A stretch of DNA of 64,000 nt from Acidobacteriota bacterium (GTDB lineage Bacteria > Acidobacteriota > Vicinamibacteria > Vicinamibacterales > 2-12-FULL-66-21), in contig JACPDI010000031.1 of NCBI GenBank assembly GCA_016184105.1, positions 70,673-134,672 on the forward strand. The letters are read 5' to 3'. Positions 1 through 9,461 of the stretch are shown in pieces (position 1 is the stretch's first letter; every line of letters begins with the position of its first letter). A program made the position numbers and the translations under genes. Below the pieces are notes generated by a model. It saw nothing but the letters and a program-made list of their open reading frames with translations. It was not told the DNA's origin and made no database searches.

Positions 1-1
1 C

Positions 2-1579
2 AAGTGGAACAACAGCACGGGCAACGAGGAGACCGCCGCCTTCGTGCCGCTGCCCCCGACCAAGCCCGCGTACCAGTCGCCGGCCGACGGCGCGACGGGG
101 CTCTCGACCACCGTGACGCTCGTCTGGCACGGCGGCCGCTGGGCCCACAAGTACGACGTGCTCCTGGGCACGACGCCGGCCTCGCTCGCAGCGGTGGCGG
201 CGAACCTGGAGTTGGGGCCGAGCGAAACCTCGACGCAGTACAAGAGCTACACGGTCCCGAACCTGACTCCAGGCACCACCTACTACTGGCAGATCGTCAG
301 CAAGACGATGGCGGATCAGGTTGCCACGGGACCCGTGCGGAGCTTCACCACTGGCGGAGCGCCGCAGCCGCCGCCCACCACCGGTGTCCTCGGTCCCGGT
401 GACATCCTCCTCTACGCCGGGACGGCCAGCGTAAACGGCACGTGGCGCGCGGCGTCGGACAGCACGGCCGCCGGCGCGGTGCGGATGTATCAGCCCAACG
501 CGGGCGCCGCGAAGATCACGACGGCGCTTGCCAGCCCGACCAATTACTTCGAGCTGACGTTCGATGCGACCGCGGGCGTCGGCTACCGCCTGTGGATGCG
601 CATGAAGGCGGAAGGCAACGCCGCCCCCAACGACTCGGTCCACGTGCAGTTTTCGGAAAGCGTCACCTCATCGGGCGCCCCGGTTTACCGGATCGGCACC
701 ACGGGCATGACCGAAGTGAACCTGGAGGACTGCAGCGGCTGCGGCCTCCTCGAATGGGGCTGGCAGGACAACGGCTGGGGCATCAACGTGCTCGGGCCGC
801 TGATCTATTTCGAGACGACGGGCACGCAGACGATCCGTGTGCAGCAACGCGAGGACGGAGCGTCGATCGACCAGATCCTCCTCTCACCGGAGAAGTTCAA
901 GACGGCGGCGCCGGGGGCGCTGAAGAACGACGCGACGATCTACCCGGCGAGCAGCGGCGATGGCGCACCGCCGCCTCCGCCGCCTCCGGCGAGCGCCGAG
1001 GTGGTGCTGTACGCGTCGAAGGCTCCGGTGGTCGCCGGCAACTGGACCGTGGCGGCCGACGCCACCGCGGCCGGAGGCATGATGATGCGCAGCGCCAACA
1101 ACGGAGCCCCGAAGATCGTGGCGGGCTCGCCGGTCATCGCCAGCCCGGCCGACTATTTCGAAATGAGCTTCAACGCCGACGCCGGGCGGCCGTACCGCCT
1201 GTGGCTGCGCATGAAGGCGTCGAACAACGATTACCCGAACGACTCCGTGCACGTGCAGTTCTCCGACAGCACGAACGAGGCGGGCGCTCCGATCTACCGG
1301 ATCGGCACCACCTCGTCGGCCGAGGTCAATCTCGAGGACTGCAGCGGGTGCGGGTTGTTGAACTGGGGCTGGCAGGATAACGGGTATGGAACGTCCGTGC
1401 TCGGCCCGCTCGTGTATTTCGAAACCACCGGCGCCCACACGGTCCGGATCCAGATCCGCGAAGACGGCGTGTCGATCGATCACATCATCCTGTCGCCGGA
1501 GCGCTTCATTACGTCGTCGCCTGGACTGCTGAAGAACGACGCGAACATCTATGCCGAAAGCGGCGGGACCGACGGGTGA
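2..1579 (+). CDS. Secreted glycan-binding-like protein, 5' end cut by the window edge: Fn3-like module plus two tandem ~185-aa beta-sandwich (CBM-like) repeats
   Basis: The frame is open from nt 2, with no stop before the GTG at 44. Pro-rich linkers (PQPPPTT, APPPPPPPAS) separate the modules. The two internal repeats share YRLW-RMKA, NDSVHVQFS, YRIGTT, EVNLEDCSGCGLL-WGWQDNG and REDG-SID-I-LSPE-F. Confidence 0.7.
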   Translation, partial: KWNNSTGNEETAAFVPLPPTKPAYQSPADGATGLSTTVTLVWHGGRWAHKYDVLLGTTPASLAAVAANLELGPSETSTQYKSYTVPNLTPGTTYYWQIVSKTMADQVATGPVRSFTTGGAPQPPPTTGVLGPGDILLYAGTASVNGTWRAASDSTAAGAVRMYQPNAGAAKITTALASPTNYFELTFDATAGVGYRLWMRMKAEGNAAPNDSVHVQFSESVTSSGAPVYRIGTTGMTEVNLEDCSGCGLLEWGWQDNGWGINVLGPLIYFETTGTQTIRVQQREDGASIDQILLSPEKFKTAAPGALKNDATIYPASSGDGAPPPPPPPASAEVVLYASKAPVVAGNWTVAADATAAGGMMMRSANNGAPKIVAGSPVIASPADYFEMSFNADAGRPYRLWLRMKASNNDYPNDSVHVQFSDSTNEAGAPIYRIGTTSSAEVNLEDCSGCGLLNWGWQDNGYGTSVLGPLVYFETTGAHTVRIQIREDGVSIDHIILSPERFITSSPGLLKNDANIYAESGGTDG

Positions 1580-1600
1580 GAGAGCAGGTCGGAGCGGACC

Positions 1601-2614
1601 TCAGGCGGACAGCGCCGTGGCGCCGCTCGCGCCGTGGGATGGCGCGACGTGCGACCGGACCTGCCGGAAGTAGCCGACGAAGTACGCGAGCATCATCACA
1701 TGTTCAGTTGATGCGACCGGGTCGCGGCGCAGCACTGAACGCAGCAAGCCGACGGCGTCCCGCAGCGCCACGCCATACATGAACCGCGGCAGACCCAGCA
1801 GGCGCGGCACACCCCGCAGGTCGACGCCCAGCTCGGTGACCGGCTGGATATCGTGCAGCCGCGCGTGCGAGACGCCCTTCCAGTACCACCAGCGGCGGTA
1901 ATACGAGCGCGTGAGGCGTGAGGCGGGCACATGGTGTCCCAGTGCCATTTCAGGGACGTACAGGCCCCGGGCGCCGGCCGCGCGCGACCGGCAGAAGAAT
2001 TCTGCCTGCTCCTGCCCCATGAGCGAATTACCGCGCCGGCCGAGTTCCGTACGAAAACCGCCGATCCGGTCGATCAGCGAGCGCCGCACAGCCATGTTCA
2101 CCCCGAGCGGCGTCTTCGCGCGGTCTTCGAACACGAACGCCACAGGGCCATGGTCCTTCACCGCGATGGTGCCCCCCAAGTTGCCGGCTGGATCGAGCCA
2201 CCGCGGCGGCGGCGTTTCCCAAATAGGCGCAACGGGCCCTCCGGTGTAGTCCGGGCCGTCATCGGGGAGCAACGGCGTCGTTGCGGCATCGAGCCATCCC
2301 GGCGGTATGCGCACGTCGTCATCCGTGAACGCGATCACGCGCGCGGCGGACGCCTGGATGCCCGTGTTCAGCGCGTACGACTTCCCCTGGCGTGGCTCGA
2401 ACAGGTACCGCAGCGGTGCTGGAAAGGAGGGGGTCAGTTCCAGGACGACGTCGCGCGTGCAGTCGGTGGACGCGTTGTCGACGACAATCGCTTCCCAGCG
2501 GAGCCGGGATCGCGTCCGGCCGAGGACTTCGAGGGTCTCGCCCAGACGCGCCGCACGGTTGTACGTGCAGATCAGAACGCTGACGTCCGGCGGACGGACG
2601 CCACGACTGCTCAT
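1601..2614 (-). CDS. Family 2 glycosyltransferase
   Basis: N-terminal VSVLICTYNRAARLGETL ... VDNASTDCTRDVV and a DDD motif are typical of GT2. ATGA overlap with the upstream gene. Confidence 0.85.
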   Translation of the reverse strand: MSSRGVRPPDVSVLICTYNRAARLGETLEVLGRTRSRLRWEAIVVDNASTDCTRDVVLELTPSFPAPLRYLFEPRQGKSYALNTGIQASAARVIAFTDDDVRIPPGWLDAATTPLLPDDGPDYTGGPVAPIWETPPPRWLDPAGNLGGTIAVKDHGPVAFVFEDRAKTPLGVNMAVRRSLIDRIGGFRTELGRRGNSLMGQEQAEFFCRSRAAGARGLYVPEMALGHHVPASRLTRSYYRRWWYWKGVSHARLHDIQPVTELGVDLRGVPRLLGLPRFMYGVALRDAVGLLRSVLRRDPVASTEHVMMLAYFVGYFRQVRSHVAPSHGASGATALSA

Positions 2615-3813
2615 GATCCCACCGCCACCGTCGGCAGCCGTGACACCGGCGTGGCCAACTCGATCGCCCGCTGGTCCGGCGACAGTTCCAGCGCACTGTA
2701 CAGCAGCCTCAGCGCACGCTCGGTGGCGCCGCCAGGCGCGTGGAATATCTGGGACGCCACGCGACGGCGGGCCTCAGCCCTCGCACCGGGGTGACGCAGC
2801 ACCGCTTCAAGCACGCGGGGGAGCTGGTCGGCGGCCGTCACAATGTCGGCCGCACTCCGAAGGAGCGCAACCTTCTCCGGGTTGATCCGCGCCACGCGCA
2901 CGAGGTCAGGTGCATCGAACACCACCACGGGTTGATCAATCGCGAGCGCCTCAAAGCCGATCGAGCTGTGATCGGTCAGGAGGATGTCGGAAGCGGCCAT
3001 ATAGGCAGTCGAGTCCGCTGAGCGCGCCAGGTGGAATCCCGAAAGAGAGGCAAAGCGGGCCAGCCGCCCGCGCCAGTCCACGTCGCCCGCGCACCGTTCC
3101 CCGCGCACGAAACAGTTGTCGTGGAGCTTTGCGATGACGTTGCACCCGCTCTCGAGCAGCGTCCCGATGATTGCCTCGCCGGCAACGTGCAGCGAGGACG
3201 CCGAGGACCACGTTGGCGCATACATGACTGTCGGACGATCCGGCGGGATTCCGAGGGAACGCCTGATGGCCGCCGCATCGAACGCCCCGGTCGCCAGGCG
3301 ATCCAGCTTCGGATACCCGACCAGCGCTGCCTGGGTGGGTGTCACGATCCCTGCGTCCAGGTACCGGCGCAGCCGGTCCTCGTTGACGAACGCGACGCGG
3401 TCGTAGCGGTCAAAGAGATGCGCGTCAGCAGGCGGCTGATCCAAGCCGTACTTGCCCGCCACCCCATGAAAGAAGTTGATCCAACCCGAGCAGCGCCTCA
3501 GCGGCGCCACGCACCAGGGATCGCCGTTGATGTAGAGATCGAACCGCCGCCAGGCGCAACCTTCGCGAGTGAGCAAGCGGTCGGCAAAGCCTGCCTCGTC
3601 AAACGCCGCAATGGTATCCGTCCGCCCCTCCGCAGAGCAGACCCACACCTCGACGCGCGGATCACGGCGCAGAAGTTCCAGGACCGGCCGCACGACTACA
3701 AAGTGCACCGGCAGACGGGCATCGAAGACGACCTGTCGTCGCCCGAGCCGTCGCCCGATGGCATGGTCGAGCGCGCGGACGGGCCCGGCGACCAAGGAAC
3801 GCAGCCGCTTCAT
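2611..3813 (-). CDS. CDP-glycerol glycerophosphotransferase (TagB/TagF) family protein
   Basis: VMYAPTW and ILLTDHSSIGFEALAIDQPVVVFD motifs. I chose the ATG at 3813 (MKRLRSL), which forms an ATGA overlap with the epimerase stop. The ORF-track extension to 4092 is Arg/Pro-rich junk. Confidence 0.75.
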   Translation of the reverse strand: MKRLRSLVAGPVRALDHAIGRRLGRRQVVFDARLPVHFVVVRPVLELLRRDPRVEVWVCSAEGRTDTIAAFDEAGFADRLLTREGCAWRRFDLYINGDPWCVAPLRRCSGWINFFHGVAGKYGLDQPPADAHLFDRYDRVAFVNEDRLRRYLDAGIVTPTQAALVGYPKLDRLATGAFDAAAIRRSLGIPPDRPTVMYAPTWSSASSLHVAGEAIIGTLLESGCNVIAKLHDNCFVRGERCAGDVDWRGRLARFASLSGFHLARSADSTAYMAASDILLTDHSSIGFEALAIDQPVVVFDAPDLVRVARINPEKVALLRSAADIVTAADQLPRVLEAVLRHPGARAEARRRVASQIFHAPGGATERALRLLYSALELSPDQRAIELATPVSRLPTVAVGS

Positions 3814-5000
3814 GCGACGAGATCCGCCCACCTGGCCCACTCGCGCGTGAGCGCCATGCCGGCGTGGAGGTCGAACCGGGGCTCGTAGCCGAGGAGCCGT
3901 GAGGCTTTGCCGATCTGAACCGCGGTCGGCGCCGCAAAGAGCCTGATGCGCGCCGGCCGCACCGGATGGATCTTCGCGGGTGGCTCGCGGGGACCTCCGG
4001 CGGGTGTCTCCCGGGCGGCGGCCTTGACGCGCGCCGTCAGAGTCTGCCGGACGCGTCGCGGCAGCGCTGCGCGGAGGCCGCTCGCAATCCACGCGCCTTC
4101 ACGGGTGGATGCCAGGCGCTCGCGAACGTGCCGATCGCCGAGGAGACGCAGCGCCTCCCCAACCAGTGACGTCGAGCCGGGCTGGCTCGCGTAGTAGTGC
4201 GCGAGCGCCTCGTCGGGCGTCATCGATACCGTGGCCGAGACGCCGAGCATGTGCTCGTACGATCCGTAGAAATCACGCCACGTGACCGGCTGCGGCCCAG
4301 AGACCAGGAAGGCCTCTCCCACCGCTTCGTCCCTCACAGCCGCCAGCAGCATGGCCGTCACGACATCGTCGACGTACACCGCATTGCAGCGGCCGCTGCC
4401 GCCGTTGACCAAAGGAAGCCGGCCGGTGCGAAGCTGCTGCAGCGGGTTGACGGTGAAGCTGAAACCGAACGGACCGTAGACGATCGTGGGCTGCACGATG
4501 CTGACCGGCACACGGTGCTGCCGCCAGTAACGGAACGCGACCTCTTCGGCTTCGACCTTGGAATCGCCGTACGTATCGCCGGTGATCCGGCGTGGTGCGG
4601 TTTCATCGAGGTGCGACGTCGTCAGTTCGCCGTACACGGAGAAGGTGCTGGCGTACACAATCCGCGACACGTTGTGGCGGAGCGACGCCGCGAGAACGTT
4701 CTCGGCGCCGGCGACCGTCGCGTGCCTGCGCGCGCGATCGTTTCCGTCCTTTCCATATGCGCAGTGAAAGACGAGGTCGCAACCGGTCACGGCGCGGTCG
4801 ATGTCCTCGGGACTGCTGATATCGCCCTGGACCAGCTCGACCGGAAATCTGGAAATTCGCGCCGCGCTGCCAAAGCGGCGAACGAGCACCCTCACGTTCG
4901 ACTGGCACTCTTTCGCCAGGCGGGCCACGAGCTGGCCGCCGATGAACCCGCTGCCTCCGGTGACGAGCACCCGCCTGCCGCAGAGCTTTTCCAGCATCAC
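3810..5000 (-). CDS. NAD-dependent epimerase/dehydratase (extended SDR)
   Basis: VLVTGGSGFIGGQLV Rossmann motif and YGDSK catalytic YxxxK. 4-nt overlaps on both sides. Confidence 0.85.
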   Translation of the reverse strand: MMLEKLCGRRVLVTGGSGFIGGQLVARLAKECQSNVRVLVRRFGSAARISRFPVELVQGDISSPEDIDRAVTGCDLVFHCAYGKDGNDRARRHATVAGAENVLAASLRHNVSRIVYASTFSVYGELTTSHLDETAPRRITGDTYGDSKVEAEEVAFRYWRQHRVPVSIVQPTIVYGPFGFSFTVNPLQQLRTGRLPLVNGGSGRCNAVYVDDVVTAMLLAAVRDEAVGEAFLVSGPQPVTWRDFYGSYEHMLGVSATVSMTPDEALAHYYASQPGSTSLVGEALRLLGDRHVRERLASTREGAWIASGLRAALPRRVRQTLTARVKAAARETPAGGPREPPAKIHPVRPARIRLFAAPTAVQIGKASRLLGYEPRFDLHAGMALTREWARWADLVA

Positions 5001-6052
5001 GCCTCCACCGTGACCACGGGCGCCGAGACCGGCAACGGCGCTTCCCAGGGGTACTCAATCGGCTGTCGCATCGCGTAGCAGGTTTCGATGAGCGCCACCG
5101 ACTTTCGCCCTTCCCCACCGGTCACCCTCGGTGGCCGTCCATCACGAATGGCATCACGGAAGTCCTCCAGTTGACGCGTGCACAGGTCCACGAGGGATGC
5201 GGGAGGGGCTCCACCTGGTTCGATCGGCTTGCCCGCGAGGACCGTGCGCCGATCACCGACGGCGAGGCGCACCGTTGAGTCTGTCTTGGTACCTACCTCG
5301 AGGACGCCGTAATGGCCTTCGAGGAGAGCGGTCCCAGGGAGATCGCGCGTGCGGCTCAGCGCAACCACAGCGCCAACTCCGTCGGGCAGGCCGACGCGGA
5401 TCTCACAGTCCGCCTCGACGCCACCAGCGGCGTCGTCGCGGTAGCTGAGGATCTCACAGTCGCCGAACCACCACACGAGAAGATCGAGGACGTGCGCCCC
5501 CGCGTCGGCGAGGACACCGCCCGCGGGGCGCTTGAACATCGCATCCGAAGCCAGCATCCACCGATATGCGGCGCCTTCGCGAATCTCCACTTTCTTCAAC
5601 CGCCCGATGAGACCTGTATCGATCGCACTCTTCGCGAAACGAAGCGAATCATGGAACCGCCGAAGAAGCCCGACCGCCAGCACGCGACCCGCCGCCTCGG
5701 CGGCGGCGATCATGGCGTCACACTCACCGGCATGGAGGGCCATGGGCTTCTCGACCAGGACATGCACGCCGCCGTCGAGCAATTCCGTCGAGATGTGCGC
5801 GTGGAGGTGATGCGGCACGGCGATGATCGCGGCATCGACACGGCCGATCGCTTCTCGATAGTCGGTACCGGTCGCCGGAACGGCGAACGCGCGAGCCAGG
5901 CCCGCTGCCCGGGGCACATCCGTGTCAATCAGCAGCGTCGTTCGCATGCCGGATATCGCTGCGAGGCTTGGCAGATGGACGAGCTGGGCGACGGCGCCGC
6001 ACCCGATGACAGCCACACGCAAATCGCTCAAGGCAGGACCCCATTGACGCAT
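4997..6052 (-). CDS. Gfo/Idh/MocA family oxidoreductase
   Basis: VAVIGCGAVAQLVHLPSL N-terminal Rossmann fold, EKPMAL motif. First gene of the minus-strand operon 6052->1601. Confidence 0.8.
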   Translation of the reverse strand: MRQWGPALSDLRVAVIGCGAVAQLVHLPSLAAISGMRTTLLIDTDVPRAAGLARAFAVPATGTDYREAIGRVDAAIIAVPHHLHAHISTELLDGGVHVLVEKPMALHAGECDAMIAAAEAAGRVLAVGLLRRFHDSLRFAKSAIDTGLIGRLKKVEIREGAAYRWMLASDAMFKRPAGGVLADAGAHVLDLLVWWFGDCEILSYRDDAAGGVEADCEIRVGLPDGVGAVVALSRTRDLPGTALLEGHYGVLEVGTKTDSTVRLAVGDRRTVLAGKPIEPGGAPPASLVDLCTRQLEDFRDAIRDGRPPRVTGGEGRKSVALIETCYAMRQPIEYPWEAPLPVSAPVVTVEA

Positions 6053-6190
6053 GAGTGCAATCAGCGGGCCATGCTCATGTGTTGCGGCAGGCGTACGTGG
6101 AAAAGGGCCGGATCCAACACCAGCAGGCTCCCCAGCTTCCGGTGCCGTCTCCGACCCTTGCCTATCCGCCGCGAGACCGCGGCGGAAGCT

Positions 6191-7606
6191 TCAGCGCACT
6201 TCGAACGTCGCCACGACCGGCCGGTGGTCCGAAACCGACCCGGTGTCGTAAACCTGCGCGCCCTTCAGAACGAGCGCGGTCGCGCCCTTCGAATAGAAGA
6301 TGTAATCGATCCGGCTGTTGCGCGTATTGCCGGCCTCGTTGCCGGAATATGCCACCGCCGTCCCCGCGCTCTGTGCCACTGCCCAAGCGTCGTAATACGT
6401 GCCGGTCATGCGACCAATCTCGCCGCCACCGGGCCATGTATTGAAGTCCCCTGCGATGAGCCGCTGCTCCGAGAACCCGGACGCCCAGTTCTTCAACTGC
6501 TCCATCTGGGCCGCGCGCTGGCTGCTCGAATCGTCGTCGAGGTGCGTCGAGAACATGTTGACGCTCCGTCCGTTGACGGTGATGGTCACCTGTGCGACCG
6601 ATCTCGTGTAGCTGAGGACGTGCGTGCCGCAGCTCTCGATGGGGATGCGCGACAGCAGCAGGTTCCCCTGTCCCGTCGAGCCACCGTTAATCTGCGCGAA
6701 GCACGTGTACCAGGCCGCGCCCGTCTTGCTCTTCAGCAGGGAGGCGAGTACCGCAGGCTGGTCGGCATTGCCCGTGTAGCCGTTCAGGCGCTCCACTTCG
6801 TTCAGGGACACGACATGTGGACTGATATTCGCGATCCACGTGGCAACGCGGTCCAGGTTGGACACGTTGCTCGTGTCGAGCCCGTGATGAATGTTCCAAT
6901 CCATGAACTTCAGCGTGCTCGAAGGCGATGGCGTCGGATCGGGCGGAGGCGTCGAAGAGGTGCCCAGCACGACCGCCAGCGTCGGCCCGGTGCCGCTGCC
7001 GGCCTCCATCGAATAGAACTCCTTGTACGAGTCGCGCGTGGAGGCCCCTTCGTCGACGAGCAGCACTCTCAGATAGCGCGAGCTGCCGTATGTGCCGCTC
7101 ACGATCTTCTGCACGACGGCGGTGACGTCGTAGGCCACCTTGGAGCCGGCCACGTTGGTGACGGTGGCCTGGCCGATGCGTTCGGCCATGTCGCCGCCCG
7201 GGGTCGACCAGTACGCCGAGGTGCGGCGGATCTTCCACGTCGCCTCGACGTCGGTGTACGGCTGCGACACCCTGTAGGCCGTCAGGGTGCGGCTCTGGCT
7301 GTTGCCGCCGCGGACGGTGAGCGTCAGCCTCGCCGAGCCGATCGTGCTGCCGGCGGCAATTGTGCTGTGCGTGTCGAACTTGAGCAGCACGCGGCGCTTG
7401 TACTCGTCGTTCGTGCTGGCGCGCGTCGCCAGCGTCGTGCTCCGGCCGTAATTGGTGCTGGCGTACGAGCCGCCGCGCAGCACCGTGTCGGCCGCGTCGG
7501 TCAGCACGAGCGATTGTGCCTGCGCGGCGCTCGAGAGCGCGCAGGTGGCGGCCAATGCCGCAAGGATCCTGGTGAGGCGCCGTGCGCCAGTGTGCGTGAC
7601 GTTCAT
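6191..7606 (-). CDS. Secreted endonuclease/exonuclease/phosphatase (EEP) family protein with an N-terminal DNRLRE-like beta-sandwich domain
   Basis: Signal peptide (LAALAATCALSSAAQA). The C-terminal half has WNIHHG, SLNEVE and SDHRPVVATFEV, which are EEP hallmarks. A Pro/Ser/Thr linker joins the two halves. Confidence 0.75.
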   Translation of the reverse strand: MNVTHTGARRLTRILAALAATCALSSAAQAQSLVLTDAADTVLRGGSYASTNYGRSTTLATRASTNDEYKRRVLLKFDTHSTIAAGSTIGSARLTLTVRGGNSQSRTLTAYRVSQPYTDVEATWKIRRTSAYWSTPGGDMAERIGQATVTNVAGSKVAYDVTAVVQKIVSGTYGSSRYLRVLLVDEGASTRDSYKEFYSMEAGSGTGPTLAVVLGTSSTPPPDPTPSPSSTLKFMDWNIHHGLDTSNVSNLDRVATWIANISPHVVSLNEVERLNGYTGNADQPAVLASLLKSKTGAAWYTCFAQINGGSTGQGNLLLSRIPIESCGTHVLSYTRSVAQVTITVNGRSVNMFSTHLDDDSSSQRAAQMEQLKNWASGFSEQRLIAGDFNTWPGGGEIGRMTGTYYDAWAVAQSAGTAVAYSGNEAGNTRNSRIDYIFYSKGATALVLKGAQVYDTGSVSDHRPVVATFEVR

Positions 7607-7653
7607 GATGGCTTCCCTGTCTGTCGTCCCGTAATGAATGGCCGTGCCCGCCG

Positions 7654-7995
7654 CTACTGCACCGAGGAGGTGACCAGCAGGGGCCGGTGATCCGACGGCC
7701 TCACGCCGCCGCTGTCAGCCGTCTCGTAGACGCGCGCGCTCTCCAGGACCAGCGCGGTCGCGTTCTTCGAGTGAAACACGCAGTCAATCCGGTTGTTCCG
7801 CGTCGCGCCTTTCGTGTTGCCGTTGTCGCCGACGGCCGTGCCCATCGCCGTCAGCCGCCGCATACCTGCCTTGTCGAAGCACACACGTCCGTGCATCACA
7901 CCTCCGGTCAAGCCACACGTCGCCTTGCCCCGTAACGGCGACGCCAGCGTTTGGTTTGATTTGAAATGCACCCAGCCGAGGCCAAGTGGAACCAA
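7654..7995 (-). pseudogene. Remnant of a duplicated EEP-family gene (C-terminal ~65 codons only)
   Basis: NTKGATRNNRIDCVFHSKNATALVLESARVYE...SDHRPLLVT aligns with GNEAGNTRNSRIDYIFYSKGATALVLKGAQVYD...SDHRPVVAT of the intact neighbour at 6191-7606. No catalytic N-terminal part is present. Confidence 0.6.
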
Positions 7996-8327
7996 CCGTA
8001 GAACGGCCGGGTCGCCCGCCCTATGGGCAAGGACGTGGCCAAGTTGGGCAATCCGCGAATTACTTGAGGTTTTCGATACGTCGTCTCAGCGCCGAGTGAC
8101 GTATGGCTGAGGTGTTGTTAGTTGAGACAACTCTGCCGTTTGTAAGACTTACATCTCTGTTCCAAGACTCCAGTAAAACCGGGCGAAGTACATTTTTCAG
8201 CAGAGTTGCAAACCCCTACAATGACGCGGTCGCGCGATCTCAGCAGGCTATCGTCCAACCCGGAATCTGAATTGGGATCGGACACATTCCGCGGGGCCCC
8301 AGCTTTGCAGTCCAGCTCGCTGACTTC

Positions 8328-9458
8328 ATGACTCGCGGGCCTTCGTCTGCTCGGTTGCGCGTCGCGATCGTTGCGCCCTCGCTCGGAATACTCGGTGGCC
8401 AGGCGGTCCAGGCCGATCGGCTCCTGCGGGCGTGGCGGGACGACCCCGAGGTCTGCGCGTACCTCGTGCCGGTCAACCCGGTGCCGCCCGGACCGCTGCG
8501 GGCACTGGTCCCGCTCAAGTATCTCCGCACGATCGCAACCCAGCTCACCTACTGGCCGCGGCTCCTGCGCGAGGTGCGGCGCGCGGACGTCGTGCACGTC
8601 TTCTCCGCGAGCTACTTCTCGTTCCTGCTGGCGCCGCTGCCCGCGATTCTCGTGGCGCGGGCGCTCGGAAAGCCGGTGCTCCTGAATTATCGCAGCGGCG
8701 AGGCGCCGGATCACCTCCGGCGGTCCGCGACCGCGCGGTGGGGGCTCCGGCGCGTCCAGCGCAACATCGTGCCGTCGGGGTTCCTCCGCGACGTGTTTGC
8801 CGGATTCGGCATCGACTCCGACGTCATTCAGAACGTCGTCGATCTGGAGCGGTTCCGGTTTCGCGACCGGCGACCGCTCCGCCCGCGCCTCGTGTCCACG
8901 CGCAATTTCGAGCGCCTCTACAACGTGGCGTGCACGCTCCGCGCGTTCAAGCGCGTGCAGCAGCAGGTGGCTGACGCCACTTTAACGCTGGTCGGCGATG
9001 GAGCTGAGCGGCCCGCCCTCGAGGCCCTCTCGCGCGAGCTGGGATTGCGTGGCGTGACTTTCGCCGGCCGCGTGGCGCCGGACGACATCTGGCAGTACTA
9101 CAACGAGGCAGACATCTACCTGCAGACGCCCGACATCGACAACATGCCCGCGTCGGTGCTGGAGGCGTACGCCAGCGGCCTGGCTGTCGTGTCCACGCGC
9201 GCGGGCGGAGTGCCCTACATCCTCCGCCACGAGCAGGAGGGGCTGCTGGCACCCTGCGGCGATGACGCGGCGGTTGCCGCCGCGGTCCTCAGGTTCCTCG
9301 ACTCTCCCGGGTTGGCTGCCCGCACGATTGCCGCGGGGCGCGCGTACGCCGGGAACTGCGACTGGGAATCGGTACGGTCGCGATGGCTGGAAGCGTACCG
9401 GCAACTGGCTGCGCCGGGGCGCGTCGCCGCGCCGGTCGCGATCCCCTCCGCGCGCTGA
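8328..9458 (+). CDS. Family 4 glycosyltransferase (GT-B)
   Basis: RVAIVAPSLGILGG start and the C-terminal EX7E-type motif VLEAYASGLAVVSTRAGG. Confidence 0.85.
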   Translation: MTRGPSSARLRVAIVAPSLGILGGQAVQADRLLRAWRDDPEVCAYLVPVNPVPPGPLRALVPLKYLRTIATQLTYWPRLLREVRRADVVHVFSASYFSFLLAPLPAILVARALGKPVLLNYRSGEAPDHLRRSATARWGLRRVQRNIVPSGFLRDVFAGFGIDSDVIQNVVDLERFRFRDRRPLRPRLVSTRNFERLYNVACTLRAFKRVQQQVADATLTLVGDGAERPALEALSRELGLRGVTFAGRVAPDDIWQYYNEADIYLQTPDIDNMPASVLEAYASGLAVVSTRAGGVPYILRHEQEGLLAPCGDDAAVAAAVLRFLDSPGLAARTIAAGRAYAGNCDWESVRSRWLEAYRQLAAPGRVAAPVAIPSAR

Positions 9459-9461
9459 CCA

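Noticed and set aside
5312-7690. 792-aa plus-strand ORF, the longest in this region
   Set aside because: It is antisense to the oxidoreductase and EEP genes, which have clear family motifs. Its translation is Arg/Ala/Gly-rich low complexity with no motifs. This is a typical shadow ORF of GC-rich DNA.
8118-8714. 198-aa minus-strand ORF across the EPS leader and the GT4 start
   Set aside because: No motifs. It overlaps the well-supported GT4 gene and is probably non-coding.
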